A DNA stretch of 61,325 nt, filler included, from Rhabdomonas costata (Eukaryota), in the NCBI GenBank assembly GCA_019059605.1. It is 15 parts of 15 records of this genome, joined end to end, with 100 filler letters (N's around TTAATTAATTAA, not from the genome) between each part and the next. Parts side by side here need not be neighbours in the genome. Positions count along the whole stretch, not along the records: positions 45,122 to 49,106 come from JAHMHO010000421.1; positions 49,207 to 53,183 come from JAHMHO010000422.1; positions 53,284 to 57,257 come from JAHMHO010000423.1; positions 57,358 to 61,325 come from JAHMHO010000424.1; 11 more parts are not named here. The stretch is one strand, 5' to 3'. Positions 48,462 to 61,325 of this stretch are shown here, piece after piece. A program made the position numbers and the translations under genes. The notes under the pieces were generated by a model, which did no database searches, was not told the DNA's origin, and worked only from the letters and a program-made list of their open reading frames with translations. Each line of letters starts with the position of its first letter. The first letter of the stretch is position 1.

Positions 48462-50191
48462 CCAATGATGGACCTCTTCCTCCGCGGGGCTTTCCTCCCC
48501 GCTCGGCATGCGACTCTGTGCCATGCAGGAGTTGTCTCTTGTGCAATGGCCGTGGGACGGCTTCGCTACACCACTGTGCCCCCGATTTTTCTCCAATGTG
48601 TGATGTACGTTGAATGTTAATTTGTGCATACCTGCGTACCTTTTGTGTGATGGTTGCTTTCTTTGCACCAGAGTACTGTTTGTTGTGTTAGGTGTGTTAT
48701 TTTGTTGGCGCGCGACGCTCAGCTCAGCGACGGAGGAAGACCACATGCTCTCATCTATGCAGCGCGTGCCTCGGAGGAAACAGGCGGCAACACCTGCACA
48801 TATCGACATATCGGTGCACAGATGCACCACGCATCGTTTTGAAATTGAGTTGGGAGACGGATTCCTTTTTTGACCGCACCACCCAAAAAGCAACATAAAA
48901 AGCAGAACATTTGGAAAACTCCTCTTGGTCAGTCAGGTCTTTTTGATGGTGTGGTGCCGTTTTCTTTTTGCATTTTGCACTGTTGAATGGGGGCCCAACG
49001 ACGGAGCGAAGAACGCGCTGGCGAGCGCAACGACAGGTAGGAAACCTACGTCAACACTTACGTATTACATCAAACCCTTGTTCGTCACGCCGCAGGCACA
49101 CAAAAANNNNNNNNNNNNNNNNNNNNNNNNNNNNNNNNNNNNNNNNNNNNTTAATTAATTAANNNNNNNNNNNNNNNNNNNNNNNNNNNNNNNNNNNNNN
49201 NNNNNNTGTTTGTTGTCGTTTTCTTTCCCCGTTCTTCAGGTCCTCCGATGTGGGGCTTGCGTGCGCTTTCTCTGGTGCGAGAACCAGAGCCTGTGAGAGA
49301 CACAGGGTTGGGTTTATTTCGCTTTCTTCTCCAGCTTTTGTTTGCACTCGGCGCTCCTTTTTGTGTGCTCTTTCTCTGCATGATTTGTCCCAACAGATTC
49401 TCTTCTACACCATGCGTTTCAGCCATTGCTTCTGAGCAAAGCATTCTCTTGCCTTGCCAGCAAGGACTGATTCCAGCCCAAAGTCAACGGTATTTGGACT
49501 TATGCTGAGACGTATTCATGTCTGTGTGCTTTCACACCCACTTTTGTGGAGAAGAACTGACTGATACGTCGATGAATGGCATCGACGCTCTGCTGCGATA
49601 CCTCTGTATTGGTTCCTTTGTCTCAGTGTGTACCCTCTTACTTGTCAAACGGGAGGTCGTTGAGTGTTGAGTGCTGAGTCTCAAATCTATCTGTCCTGCT
49701 TTGCTGAAACTCCCACACAAACATCCACATAGAAAACGTGTGATCTGCTTTTTATTGAATCGCCTCCAAAAAGGAGGATGAAACCCAGGAAATGACGAAA
49801 ATGCCGAGTGCTCTTCTTTGTTTGTTTCTTCTGAAAAAGTCAGCTGTAGTATCTTGAAGGGGCTTTTGTGCCATTTCCCCTTCGTTTAATTGCTCTCTAA
49901 AATGGTCCATTATATCCGCCCCCTCTGCCTCGTGGTACTCAGGTTCTCTTCAATTCTTTCTCTGAGTAACGTGGGAACCGCAGTGAGCAACAAAATGGGT
50001 GTGGGTCTGCCGTGGCTGATAGTGCTCAAATCCAACGTGCTGTTGCCAAACGCACGGAGCACATACGCCCACTCACCCGCCCTTTCGAAATTTCCGCTGT
50101 CAGGCCTCCTGCGAAGATGCGAAGAAGGGCGTGATGTGCGGCCATTTAGGGATGGGGTTTTTTTATGACTTTCGTGCCCATTCTCCGTCAG

Positions 50192-51291
50192 AACGACAAA
50201 GAATTTTTCCTTTCCGGACAGCCCTCAGAGAGGGGAAGCAAGGGGCGCTCACTGCCAGAAGACTGTATCACGTTTACTTCCACCAACACGTCTACTGCCT
50301 GGCTGCCTGAGGTCTGTGTATGCTCATGTTTCATTGCTCATTTTGTCTGGTGTGGTTTTGTGGAATGGGGAACGGGCCCGGATTCTAATTTGGAAGCAGG
50401 GGATTTTCCGTCGCGTTTTCTGTTTTCTGTTTTCTGAATGCGGATCCCTAATTCAGACTGCGCGAATGCAGAAAGTTGGAGCCCCGTAAAAGCACAGGAT
50501 TTCGGTTGCTAAGCGCATGACACATGTGTGTGCGTATGGCATGGCCATATGATGCCATGTGAAGTCATTCTGTATTTACTTCACATAACGATGGCATAAT
50601 GGGATGGGGCTAAAAGTGCAAGGGCACTTTTTTGGATATCGGGCCGGTCCGGACTTTCTTCTAAAAGCGCATGTTTATTCCTTTTTTTTTTCGCATATGA
50701 ACGCATAAAAGCCGTTCAAATTCCAGGGTCCGACACAATGCAGCACAAAAACAGAAAGTGAGGGGGAGATACCAGGAAGAAAGTGCAGCGTGACTAAACG
50801 GCAAGGCCCGGAGGGGAGTCAACACCTCATTGGTGGACCCTCGTTTGTTTGTAACGGCAAGAGCTTTTTTTTTGCATTTCGTTGCGATTTTTAAGCCCGA
50901 TTCATTTTGCTTGAACCCTTGAAAAAATGCTATTCTTTGAAATGCATTTTCTGCATTTTTAAGCATAGCATTTTTTTGGTTCGGCCGGTTACATATTTTC
51001 CCCTCCACTATGGTATATCGTAGCAACACATATTTAGTTGTGCAGGTCATTTTATGGGTTCGCTGGGTAGGTAGTTGAGGGGTGGAGTGCGTAAAACCTG
51101 GTTGTTGCCAAATGTAGACGTAAAATATGCAATTATGTTTCTTAAACAAATTTTACAGCATCTCAATTATTATGAAGTGAAGATCAAGTAAACAGCTTGA
51201 GGCGAGTCCTGTCCTGGAGAACAAGATGAACGTGGCCTCTGACAATTGCCAAATCCCCGGTCACCGTGTGCTGTCTGAGCGAGCGAAGTGA
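50192..51291 (+). CDS. Possible 3' exons of an unknown gene (50192-50311, 51196-51291)
   Basis: AG/GT-bounded segments join in phase 0 and end at TGA. No recognisable motif. Confidence 0.3.
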
Positions 51292-51902
51292 GCAGTGGAA
51301 CATGGAACAGCGGAACAAGATTATCTCAGAAGGCCGCCGCCGCCTGAACTCGGGAATTGGATCTTACCCTTTAGCAGTGTGTTCCGCGACTACAGTTGTA
51401 AAAGTCACCATTAGCCGTAAAGTTCATGGCAATTTTGTGCAAAAGATTGGTGACGGTTGTGTGGCATTCTGTGGATTTCAAGAACCCGTCTAGGCACCGG
51501 CAAGGCAACGTCAGACCTTTGCCCAACTGCCCTTTGGGCCGGAAACGGTGCCTGAACGTTTCGCTGGATCCCCAAAACGTTCGTACAAATAGCTCTAATT
51601 TGTGGTGTTTTAGTTTAACGTCATTCACTGCGTTGGGCAATGCACTGGAACACCTGAATGTGGAATAATGGAATAATGCAGTCAGTTGTTCTCCGGACGT
51701 TTGTTTGATGTGAGCCAAAAAAATGTGGTCCGGTGCTGTCAAGTTAATTGTCCCCTTCACTTTTTTTTTAGGCCTTGTGCTTGCCCCCTCTTTTCTTGTC
51801 ATTTGTTTCGGATTTTATGGTATTTTCTCTCTGCGTCCCTCCCAAGTTCGACTTTTCACCCTTCACATACACCTTCACTCCCAAGCACACGCTATCTTTT
51901 TT

Positions 51903-52654
51903 ATGCCTGCCTTTCGGACAACTGTGTCTCATTATGACGGCGGCCCGGAGAACCCCTACAGGGCCGACCTCTCCCCTTGCTCTGTCAGGCACACCACCTT
52001 CCCCAGCCCGGCGTCCCTGAGAAAGAACCCGAGGCTGCGCCTGAAGCTCGTCATCGTGATCTCGATGTGCGTTTTCACAGTGGTACCGGCAATCGCACTG
52101 TGGAGGGCTTCTTGGAAGGTGAGTGGAAGAAGCGGGAGAATACCCTTTTCTTCGGATTGCTCGCACGGAATGGTTGCCATGCCTGTTGTTTGTATAGCCT
52201 AGGGTGCAAATTGGGCTCTGCTCTTTCGGGCTGTCAAGCGTACAAACAATTTGTTTTTTATAGGAATTTATCAGAGGCGGCGTGGAGACAAGATGGCAGT
52301 TTGCAGACGAAAGAATTGCAGGCTCTGTCTGTCCCTCGCACGTCGTGGTGGGAAATGACTTTCCATCCCGACTGCATTCGCGTGTTGCTTGTGTTTCTTC
52401 TTCGCTTGGATATGCGCAAGGGAATGCCTCGGCTTCACAAATGCAACACGCTTATCCAAGTATGCACTGCATGGCATCCCACAAAAGAGAGCGTGCCTTT
52501 ACACTTCCTCTTGGGTGGAGGGCACCAGTGCGCGTGTTTGCTCTTGTGGAACCGGATTTCGCCGATAGAGTCACTGGACGAGACCTTGCCTGCTGTTTAG
52601 GTTGGCAGCGATGCGATCACCAGTGTCAAGGATGTGGACGAGAACTGTGTGGAG
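51903..52654 (+). CDS. N-terminus of a membrane receptor-like protein; exons 51903-52118 and 52601-52654
   Basis: TM helix LVIVISMCVFTVVPAIALW, strong donor aag|gtgagt, and an in-phase second exon VGSDAITSVKDVDENCVE. Confidence 0.6.
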
Positions 52655-53341
52655 GTGCGGGGTTTCAGTTGCTTTGAAATACGGCAAGAAACACGTGAAG
52701 AGCGCGGTGATACCTCATATCCCCTGTGGTGAGGGTGAGGTATTGCTATTGCCAGGCCGTTACTTGAGTGTGTTTCGGAAGGGCAAAAAAATCGAATATT
52801 CAGGCTGCCGGAAAATTGTAAACGTCCATTCCTGTTGTGTTTTTTGTTTTACTACGATGACATTAATTAATTTGGAGCCACGGTGCTTTTTCATGTTGAG
52901 AATCGGAACCCCTCCCCCCCACTTCCAGTCACAGGAGTGAATTAGCTTTTTTGGGGCGCTGCGGTTAACCGGAGCCCAAACTGGGCAAACTGCTAACTGC
53001 TAACTGGACTGAAAAACGTAGCGGCGTGAAAAACAGCAGCAGATTCTCCTGCGGCGGATTACATCTGATACCGCATTCTTTTCCATCTGACTTCAACCAA
53101 CTTCGTGCTCCCCTTATGTGAACAGTGTTTTGCGTCCTTTCGGGGGCACAGCGAGTGACGATGGAGTTTCGCAACCACACCACNNNNNNNNNNNNNNNNN
53201 NNNNNNNNNNNNNNNNNNNNNNNNNNNTTAATTAATTAANNNNNNNNNNNNNNNNNNNNNNNNNNNNNNNNNNNNNNNNNNNNCCAGGGCTCACCCCTTC
53301 ACCCTCACTTGGACAGCTCCCCTTCCCTTCCCTGGTGATAG

Positions 53342-56300
53342 CGAGGTCGAAGTCATAATAGCGCTAGCTATTGATATTTTCTTTGTGCTGGTGATGTTTT
53401 CGTTGCTATTGTCTTTTGGGTTGTCGATGAGGAAAGTCCTTCACAGTAAGTTTTGGGAGATGAATATTTGCAGGTCTTATCCGGTTGAGGTTCAGGTTCA
53501 GGTTATAGACCTGAAAAATTGATAGCGAGCGATTCTTGCAGCAGTCAAAAGACGGTATCCGCGCAAGAATTGTGTTCTTGTCTTTCGGAAGACAATAATG
53601 AATTACCAGGGGCTAAGTCCCACGTACACATATATATAGTCTCTTTTCCTCCTTATATATCAGTCTCTTTTCCTCCTGCCCGCGCAGTGGGGGTGTTGTG
53701 CAAGCTCATTCCCATTGTCGGGAATACTCTGATGTGGGACAAGCACGCCAGTTATCAGGGGCTCGCCTTCCTTCTACTCTCGCTGTTCGGAGGCACGATT
53801 TTTGAGCAAGCCCCGCTGAGGCAGCCCGAGGCTCCCCGTGAATCTTCTGTACTAGCAAAGGTTTTTTGTTCTTCTGAGCATCGGAAAGAAATATTCGTGG
53901 GTGCTGCCTGAGAGCATTCCGAAAAAACTTGTTCATCACAAAAAAATAGGGAGGGTAAAAGCTGTTTGGGCCCGAGTGCGAGAAGACGCGTTTTATGATG
54001 GGGATGAGCTGGTTTCGTACCTTCATCGCAGAGAATGTTGCTCTGAACCTCCCAGATGCGCATCATTCCCAGTCGGGGTCTTATCTGTGAGTGTGTCGCC
54101 CCTTGACACCTAGGTGTTCAGCGCGTGCTTTCATCCATGACTGGTGGTGCACGACAAAAAATCACACTTTTGCCCTCCACTGCAAACACAACGTTTTGTA
54201 AAGGTTTGCAGCACTTTGTTTTCTTCTTTGACCTCTCACCCTTGCCGCCTGCTGTATGCGGCCTTGGAGGAGGACCCGCCCCTTCTCATCGACATCAATG
54301 CAAAAAATGCAGTGCCCTCGGAAATGCTCTCTCTCTCTCTCTTTCTGTGACGCGTACACACTCCAGTTAGGCATCAGATCGTTCAGCTGCTCAACTCAGA
54401 ATTGAGAGACAGGTTTCCTTTTTCATAGACGGATTTCACACCACCCAAGAAAAAGGAGAAACCCTTTCATCGCGTAAACTTTCTCTGACATGACATCAAT
54501 TTGCCGCTCAGTTGAGAACGTACCGCTTTCACCCTCACTTGCACTCTGTCTTTCTTTTTCAAAGCTGACCGGTGTTGTGACAAAAGAGCTTCCATTTCCT
54601 ATTCGATCCAACAGTTCGTCATAATCTGCATCACTGCATCACTACATGATACCCCGTCCCAGAACCTGTCTCCTGACGCTTCTCCTGGTGAGACTGCTGA
54701 CCCGACCCCTGAGGCAGCTCGTGGAGGACATGAAGCTGCTGAGTCGGATGAAGATCACCCAGCCCATGAACTTTCCCCAGTCCCGGCTAAGTGAACTCAA
54801 CGACCTCATGCGGTCTTTTGAAACGCTGTGTGGGTGTCTTCGAGAGTACCGGAAGTTCATGCCGGAGACGCTTTGGGTGCGGCGGCAGCGGGACCTGCAG
54901 CTTGCCGCGGACAAGGACTGTCCCGAGCCTCAGGCGTTGGCCCCGGGCCCTATGGATCTTCCTGGGCTGATTCCCGGAGTGGATAGTGACCCCCTCGACG
55001 GGGAGAGTACCGCGCTTCGGGACTGGGGTTCTATTTGCCCGCTATGTCCTAGCCCGATGTTGCGGCCACTGCTGTGCACGGTGTCCTGCTTCGACCTCTC
55101 TGGGGTTGGAGTTTTTGCGGCCGACTTCAGACAAGTCCGCTTCCCCCTCCCCTTCCCCAGACCTCCCAAACCAACCTGGCTTCCGGTTCCGGTTTCTTGC
55201 CCAAGTCTGGAGAGAAATATTCTATGCATGTTTGTTTTCCACGTCGCGTTGCCATTTCTAGAGTTAGTTCAACTCGATTTTCTGTCCTGACTGTCTGTTT
55301 AAACACTCAGAGTCGAAATAAAATGTCACCGTTCCTTTCAGGGTCCATCTTTTACCTTCTTGGGAGATTCTCTTCACTTGTTGTCGTGTTTGATCTCGTC
55401 GATATATATTGTTTGTTCTGCAGGCATGCCTGCACAGTCGCTTCATTAGCCTTGTCCACGGCTTGGTGAGTAGATGGCAGGGGGTCCTGGACAAGGTCGT
55501 GGGAGACTCGGCGTTTGCACTGTGGAACGTCCCTCGGGGTTGTGACCACCCCGAGTACCGCGCTGTGAGCTGCGCCCTTGGTGTGGTCTCGCAGTGGGTC
55601 TCACCGTTAACTCGGCAATACACGCCCGACCTCGGACCTTCAGATGTTTCTGCAGAGCCCGTGAACCCGCTGCTGGGTCCACCCGCTGGTGGGCCCACCC
55701 CGACTGTCACTCCGAATCCAACCATGGCGTTACGAACATCCCTCGGGCAGCTTCGAGTAGGCGTGGCTCGGAGCTGTGTTAGATACGGTAAGGTGGGCAG
55801 CACGGAGCTGAGCTGGTTTGCTTTGGTCGGGGAGGCGGTCAGCGAGGCCTTAGCGCTGCAGAAGGTGGGGTGCCGGGCGATTGGGGCGGCAGTGCTGGTG
55901 ACAGAAGCCGTGAAGGCACAGGTCAGCCCTTGTCTAGTAGATAGCTTGAAAGAGTTGAAGAGGTCAAATCAACTAGTATTCTAGGCAGTGGTCATTTTCC
56001 ATCTGAAGCCATTTTTGTCATGGTTTACATCCCGTTCCCATAAAACAGGCCTACGCTGGCGCGGTGCAACTGTTTAGTGGTGGATTCGAATTCCCTGCAG
56101 CATTTCGTTTCTGGTGCAGGGGGTGGAAGTGTATTTTGTCTGTGGGTATGTTGTTTCGCTGTTTGATTGCGGTCGGACAAGGAACCTTCTGATGTATTTT
56201 TTACATCGAAAGCTGAACTCGTCCCACTACCCCCCGAGACAGCTGTCACACTGAAGGAACAGTATGCAGCAGCAGCTTCGCTGCGCACATAGGTTTGATA

Positions 56301-56765
56301 TTAACTGCACCTGCCTGTACACGTGCTAATTTTCGCAGGTGACGCCTGGGTTGCAGTGGGGGTTGAAGCAATCGCAGTCCGTTCACTTTCGGGTGTTATT
56401 TAGGATCCCTTTGGCAGAATGCATCAGTAGACTGACGACTCTTCAGCCACGATCGTTTTTGCTCTAATCGCAGCTATTGGCGTGCTTGAGTGAACCGAGA
56501 CGAGTTCTTATGTATCCTGAATCGAAATAATCCTTGGACGGTTGGTGAGATCTGCAAAAAGAAAGGCCCTGATGTTGGGGATGAAGCGATCGCTTCTCTC
56601 GAAAAGGTGGAGGGCCGGGTGCGGTGCAGCCCTGGGGTGGTGCTGCGGTACCCGTCCCCAGAGAAGGGGGTGTTGGTGGCCTGGCAGCCCTCTGCTTACG
56701 AGACTGTGCAGGAAGGCCTTCTGGGAGAGCTTCCCAATGCACAGGCGTGCAGAACGCACGCTTAG
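53342..56765 (+). CDS. Receptor-type class III adenylate cyclase-like protein (TM, HAMP-like, cyclase); exons 53342-53445, 53688-53792, 54032-54086, 54371-54412, 54663-55134, 55424-55921, 56607-56765
   Basis: TM segments, HAMP-like RPLRQLVEDM...SELNDLMRSF, LREYRKFMP, and cyclase motifs TVSCFDL, GVLDKVVGDSAFALWN, LRVGV and LVGEAV. All joins are in phase, one using a GC donor. Confidence 0.8.
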
Positions 56766-57399
56766 CGAGACAGGCTCCATCAGGCAGCGCGTTTGCCTGA
56801 CACTGGGCTCACGACCACAAAGGCAACACTCTATGGACTAGAGAATAAGGATCCGCAAGCTAAATGTCTGCGAGCCCTCTTGGAAATCTGTGCAAGTTTG
56901 AAACGGCTCCGTCCGAGTTGCAAGGCAGCCTAAAGCGGTTTGTAATTTACGATTGTAATAAGGTGTTCAAGAGAAGAATTTTAGGAAGGGAAGAACAAAA
57001 TGGGCTCGTTAGCAGAAGCATTGCATGAAGACCTTGAATCATATTCCAAATGCACCTTATTCCCATAGTGCATGACAGGGGTTTGGTTGTGGTGCCCCGG
57101 TCTGGTGCTGAGCCTTTCCTCCAGGAGTTGTGTACTGTCCGAACTGCTGTTGGCTTCACATCTCTTCCACCAGGAACCGGGCATTGCTGGCTCCGGGACA
57201 TCCCCGCTGCCCCCCGGCAGTTGCTCGGCGACAGTCATGACAGTAAACCCCAAAAACNNNNNNNNNNNNNNNNNNNNNNNNNNNNNNNNNNNNNNNNNNN
57301 NTTAATTAATTAANNNNNNNNNNNNNNNNNNNNNNNNNNNNNNNNNNNNNNNNNNNNTTTGGGGGTTGTGGTCAACAAGGAATCAGCGGTAGCCCTCTT

Positions 57400-58337
57400 C
57401 CATTTTTGCCTGCACAATGAGCCCAAGCCTTCGACGGGGTAGAGCCAGGGGTACTTAATACTGTCATCGGAATGGGTCCGGAATGATTCAATCTGCAGCT
57501 GTCCAGCACGCCATTTGGGAACTTTTTGGGTGAAGCGAGCTGATGTGAAACCGAGGGGTGTTCAGCCATTCTTGTGGGGTGTTGGACAAAGAGGCTTCAT
57601 ACCGAGCAGCCAAATGTCAAAGAACTTAACCATCTGTCACACAAAGCGCTTCAGGACGGGGGGTGGAGTGGGTGCAGGGCACATATCACCAGGCGTCTTC
57701 TCATTGGATCCTCATCCTCGGGGTCTGGCCCCGGAGCCGGGGAGAACACTGAAGGAGATGTGATGGTGATATCTTTGTCCTCCTCCCGTGGGGCCACAGG
57801 AAGCCCGAAGATCTGCAAAACCCGCCGTTGCAGGTCTTCGTCGTCTCGATGACACATCAAATACTCTGCGACCTGTGAAGCAGCGCCGAAATCGCAAAGC
57901 GGAACTTGCCGAGTGCAAAACCAAAAGCAGGCCGGGCTATTCTGTGTACCGTGTGCCTCCCGAAACGCTGTGTGGACGGTTCTTCCCCCTAGGCCGCGTC
58001 CCATCCGTACCCCATGGCGGCTCCAAATCGGAACCAAGATGGCTACTGGACCCTGGACCCCTTCCTCGTAGAATAACTCGCTCGCAGCCCAGAAATATCG
58101 CATGGCAGCAAGATAATACTTTCCAACCCCCCTGCTGCTGACGAACAGCTTTTCACAGGAAAAAAGTCTCCTCGATGCGTTTTCGCGAAAAAAAGAAGCT
58201 TCCTCTCTATAAGAAAACCGACTTCTGCTCCAATCCCTCCAAAAGCAAACAATGACCTCATCAAGGGTGAGAACTTCACCCCCAACGGTGAAAGTGGGCT
58301 CCGCGACACGACTCCCGGAGCTGGTCCCGCGTTCCAT
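57400..58337 (-). mobile_element. Decayed retroelement-like coding sequence
   Basis: Intronless 228-aa ORF plus frameshifted pieces (DWSRSRFSY...; PIPMT). No splice pattern. Confidence 0.3.
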
Positions 58338-59183
58338 TGTGCTATTCTGCTTAGTGAACGAAGCGAATCAGATCATACAAACCTCTAACTCCCAGCAGAG
58401 CTCGAGACCTTAAACCGCTTGGGCGCTGTGAGAGTGTGTGGAATGGTCGCAATAGTAAAATCACTATACCACCGCAACGGTGAAAGGCAAAAACATCAAA
58501 TATGCGGCATTGCCTCCATAGGGTGGAACGGTTGCATACGTTGTTGCGATGTGCGGTATCAGGTATCGCTGGCGGGAGAGAAAGACCAACCATGACCAAG
58601 TCTGCAGACCTTGCCGTCAACTGTATTGGCCGTGGGTGATTTCAAGAACAGTGGCCGATCTAAGATGGCATGTGAATGTTCCTGCAAATCGAGGTGTGAT
58701 GTGGACCGAATACCACGATGACACGATTTCCTCACGAGGCACGTTGATACGTTCGAACCATCGGGCAAAAAGGTCACTGTGCCATTAAATTATGACAGAA
58801 ATCTTTTTAAGGAGGGCGATAGCCATATGCAGCGCTGTCACTCCCGGCTAGCATCATTAGAGCCAACTCACAGCCAAAAGCACCAACACGGAAAAGCGCA
58901 GTGGCTGGTGTTCACTGTGCTCGGGGGCTCAAAATAGGAAGGCAGAGCGCCACAGATGCGACGAAGCCAAAGAAGAAGAAGAGTCGGAGAAGAAGCAGAT
59001 GGGATCACTGGTTTCTCGGTAACGGAGGAAATTGAACCAGAGAAGTTGGGCGAAATTCCCCCCATAGAAAAACAAGAGGGACAAGCAAGCATTCAAACAA
59101 CAAGGCAAAACGCAGCGGCCGCTTTGGCAGCGCTCCTGCAAAGGGCTTGTCGTTGGTTTCTTGCTTCCACCTCACCTCTCCGC

Positions 59184-60982
59184 TTAGCGCTTCAAGTGGC
59201 ACACAAACTGAAGCCCCAGCATGATGAGAACGCGGAGGAAGATGAGAATGCCCAGAACAATGCCGAAGCCTAGCCACTGCATATCCTGGGTGAGAGAGAA
59301 GTAGTCGCTAACGTAGGCCCAGGTGGTCTGCTGGATTTCCTTGCCGGTCGTGCCATCCAAGACCTGTCCACACAGCATGAATCGCAAGCAGGATCTACCA
59401 GCGCCACGCCACTATGCTTTCAGAGATATCATTATTACCGTTTTGGGGAAAAACTTCACGTCGAATTTTAAGCCCAGCTTCGGGGGGGGGGCGCTAGCTT
59501 TGAGAGAAAGCTTTTAAACCACATTTTGTTTATTTCTCCAGCGGCAACAAAAACACGTCACAGCGATGTAGAAGTAGGGTGCAGGAGGTGCAGTACCATG
59601 CAAAGGTACAGGAGCCAGGGAACGATGAAAAATAGATCCGTGAAATAGGAGTAAGTGTGGGGCGGGAGTAGCTGTATGATGAAGAAGTGGGTGGCAGTTT
59701 CACGGGGACACGGAGCCACAGAGGGAAGGGGTCAGAAGTTGCATGCGGAGCACATACACACCACATAAGTCAATCAGACGGCAATAAGGAGCAAATGGGG
59801 TGAATACACGTATCCATGGTCGATATAAGTCGACATTGACAATGCGACATAAGCTGGTATTGGCCCCAAACCCCTGCAAACCACTACCAAATGAACGATG
59901 TTTCACGCTTTCGCTGTGTCATGTGCTGATTTTGTTTAAGTGATGAGGTCCTCCATTTGCCAGCTTGGTTTTCACTTCTGCATGGGTATTGCGAGCATCA
60001 GCACAGAACAGAATTTCAACTGAGGGGGGGTCGCTCGGAATCATCGGAGCGAAGATTGTGTAGGACGGGGTGAACGCGGGAGAAGGGGACTGTACAGTAA
60101 TGGTGGGGCAATCCGAGCCCTCGCAGTAGAATTGAGAGGTCAGCAGGCTGGAAAAAGCCCAGAACACTGGAGAGGCCGCGAAGATCCATCTAAGACCAAC
60201 GACAAAGAAAACGAGGAAGAAAGGCAAACCAAAAGACATACAAGCGTATTTCGATGCAATAAAACACAATGCAATAGAACCTCTTTTGAATTGCATGTAC
60301 CACCTTGTGGGAGGTAGAAAAGAAAACAAAAAAATAAATATAATAATCCCCCCACTCACACTTTAGATCTTAGGGGGTGACAATTTCAGCATATTTTTAA
60401 GTTCAGCTCACTTCATATTTCATATGCCAATGCTTTTCCAAATGTACAGGTGACCATAGCTTTGAAATTTTTCGGATGCCACTGACAAGTTTCGGCAGCC
60501 AATTTAGCCATGGTCGCGGATTCCATGAGAGCGCATTCAGTCTCTCAACAACAACGCTAAGAATACAGTGATCCAACTCAGGTAAGGAAGGAATAAAGAA
60601 CCAATACATACACTGACAAAAAGTGGGTGGATGGAAGGAAATTTGCTGTAAACAACGAAGAAAAAAGCAAGCTGCCTTCAAGACTTCTTAGAGAATTCGC
60701 GGTACAAGTCTCTCGCATTTAGCGCAAACACACAGTCAAACACAAGGGAAAACAGCTCGAGAGAGAGAGAGGCCTGCAAATGAGGGAGGAGGTCCCAATG
60801 GGGATCATCAGCCCCGAGAAGAGGTTCCACAACAGCCTGGCCGCGTTGTTCAGCACATGAGCGGCCTCCGTGGTGGGGGTCAGCACCACCGCCATGGTGG
60901 CGTAGGAGGTGTACAGCAGGGTAAACATAACCAGAAACACGTACCAGAACAGCAGGGCTCCCAGGTCGTTCTTCAGCCCAAC
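59184..60982 (-). CDS. ABCG/PDR-type ABC transporter, C-terminal TM domain; exons 60982-60774, 60189-60096, 59363-59184
   Basis: VGLKND...MAVVLTPTTEAA...LWNLFSGLMIP...R|WIFAASPVFWAFSSLLTSQF...CPTIT|VLDG...FLRVLIMLGLQFVCHLKR* is the typical PDR C-terminus. The first intron has a GC donor. Confidence 0.88.
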
Positions 60983-61325
60983 CTAAAAGCAGTAAGAGTG
61001 CCAGCAAACCGGCAAACCCTCCTTTCGTACATCACTTCAACTTTTCATAAATCACACAACCGTTGCACACTCAAATGTCGGTAACTAAATACTTACGTAA
61101 AATGAAATATTTCCCCGCGCTCTGCACAAAAAGCGCTCCAACCGTCCTTTGTATTCACTAACCTCGAGGACAGGCTACCATCCGAAAAGGAGGAAAGCAA
61201 AAGATGCGTGCTTTGCATATTCACTGCAGGGGATGGGGTGCAGGGAAGAGGGAAATGGAGGGAGGGTACAGAAAGGGATCTTTACTGCTCTGTTCCATAC
61301 AGGGTAGGCTGATTCAATACAAACC

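Noticed and set aside
60774-60800. Possible GG or GA donor after LMIPI in ABCG
   Set aside because: Extending the exon to a GC donor restores the expected IP-x8-RW spacing and the correct phase.

Overview
This window is not one locus. It is 15 unrelated ~4-kb eukaryotic contigs joined by artificial 100-nt spacers (N44-TTAATTAATTAA-N44). Contigs: 1-4006, 4107-8113, 8214-12254, 12355-16350, 16451-20451, 20552-24553, 24654-28643, 28744-32762, 32863-36852, 36953-40939, 41040-45021, 45122-49106, 49207-53183, 53284-57257, 57358-61325. Genes are split by many short spliceosomal introns with weak donors (GTNYS-like) and several GC donors. Together with receptor-type adenylate-cyclase-like genes and putative trans-splice acceptors just upstream of start codons, this suggests a flagellated euglenozoan, most likely a euglenid (inference). 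I spliced these gene fragments by hand with phase-consistent junctions: IFT81, an ARM-repeat protein, ArfGAP, SCAI, an RCC1-repeat protein, an Ig/cadherin-like protein, an IP3-receptor C-terminus, a calcyphosin-like EF-hand protein, two class III cyclase-like receptors, an ABCG/PDR transporter and one large orphan gene. Contigs 2, 3, 5, 6 and part of 15 are mostly decayed LTR-retrotransposon sequence. The best novelty candidate is an uninterrupted CRE-clade non-LTR retrotransposon ORF (RT, CCHC knuckle, restriction-like endonuclease) fused at its C-terminus to an apparent ubiquitin-like domain, lying upstream of internal calcyphosin exons. Secondary candidates are a Dam-type methyltransferase remnant next to integrase remnants, exons that lack AG acceptors, back-to-back internal exons of two genes, and a tandem tRNA-derived element. 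Some oddities may be amplification or assembly chimeras. All protein family calls come from recognising motifs by eye, not from database searches.
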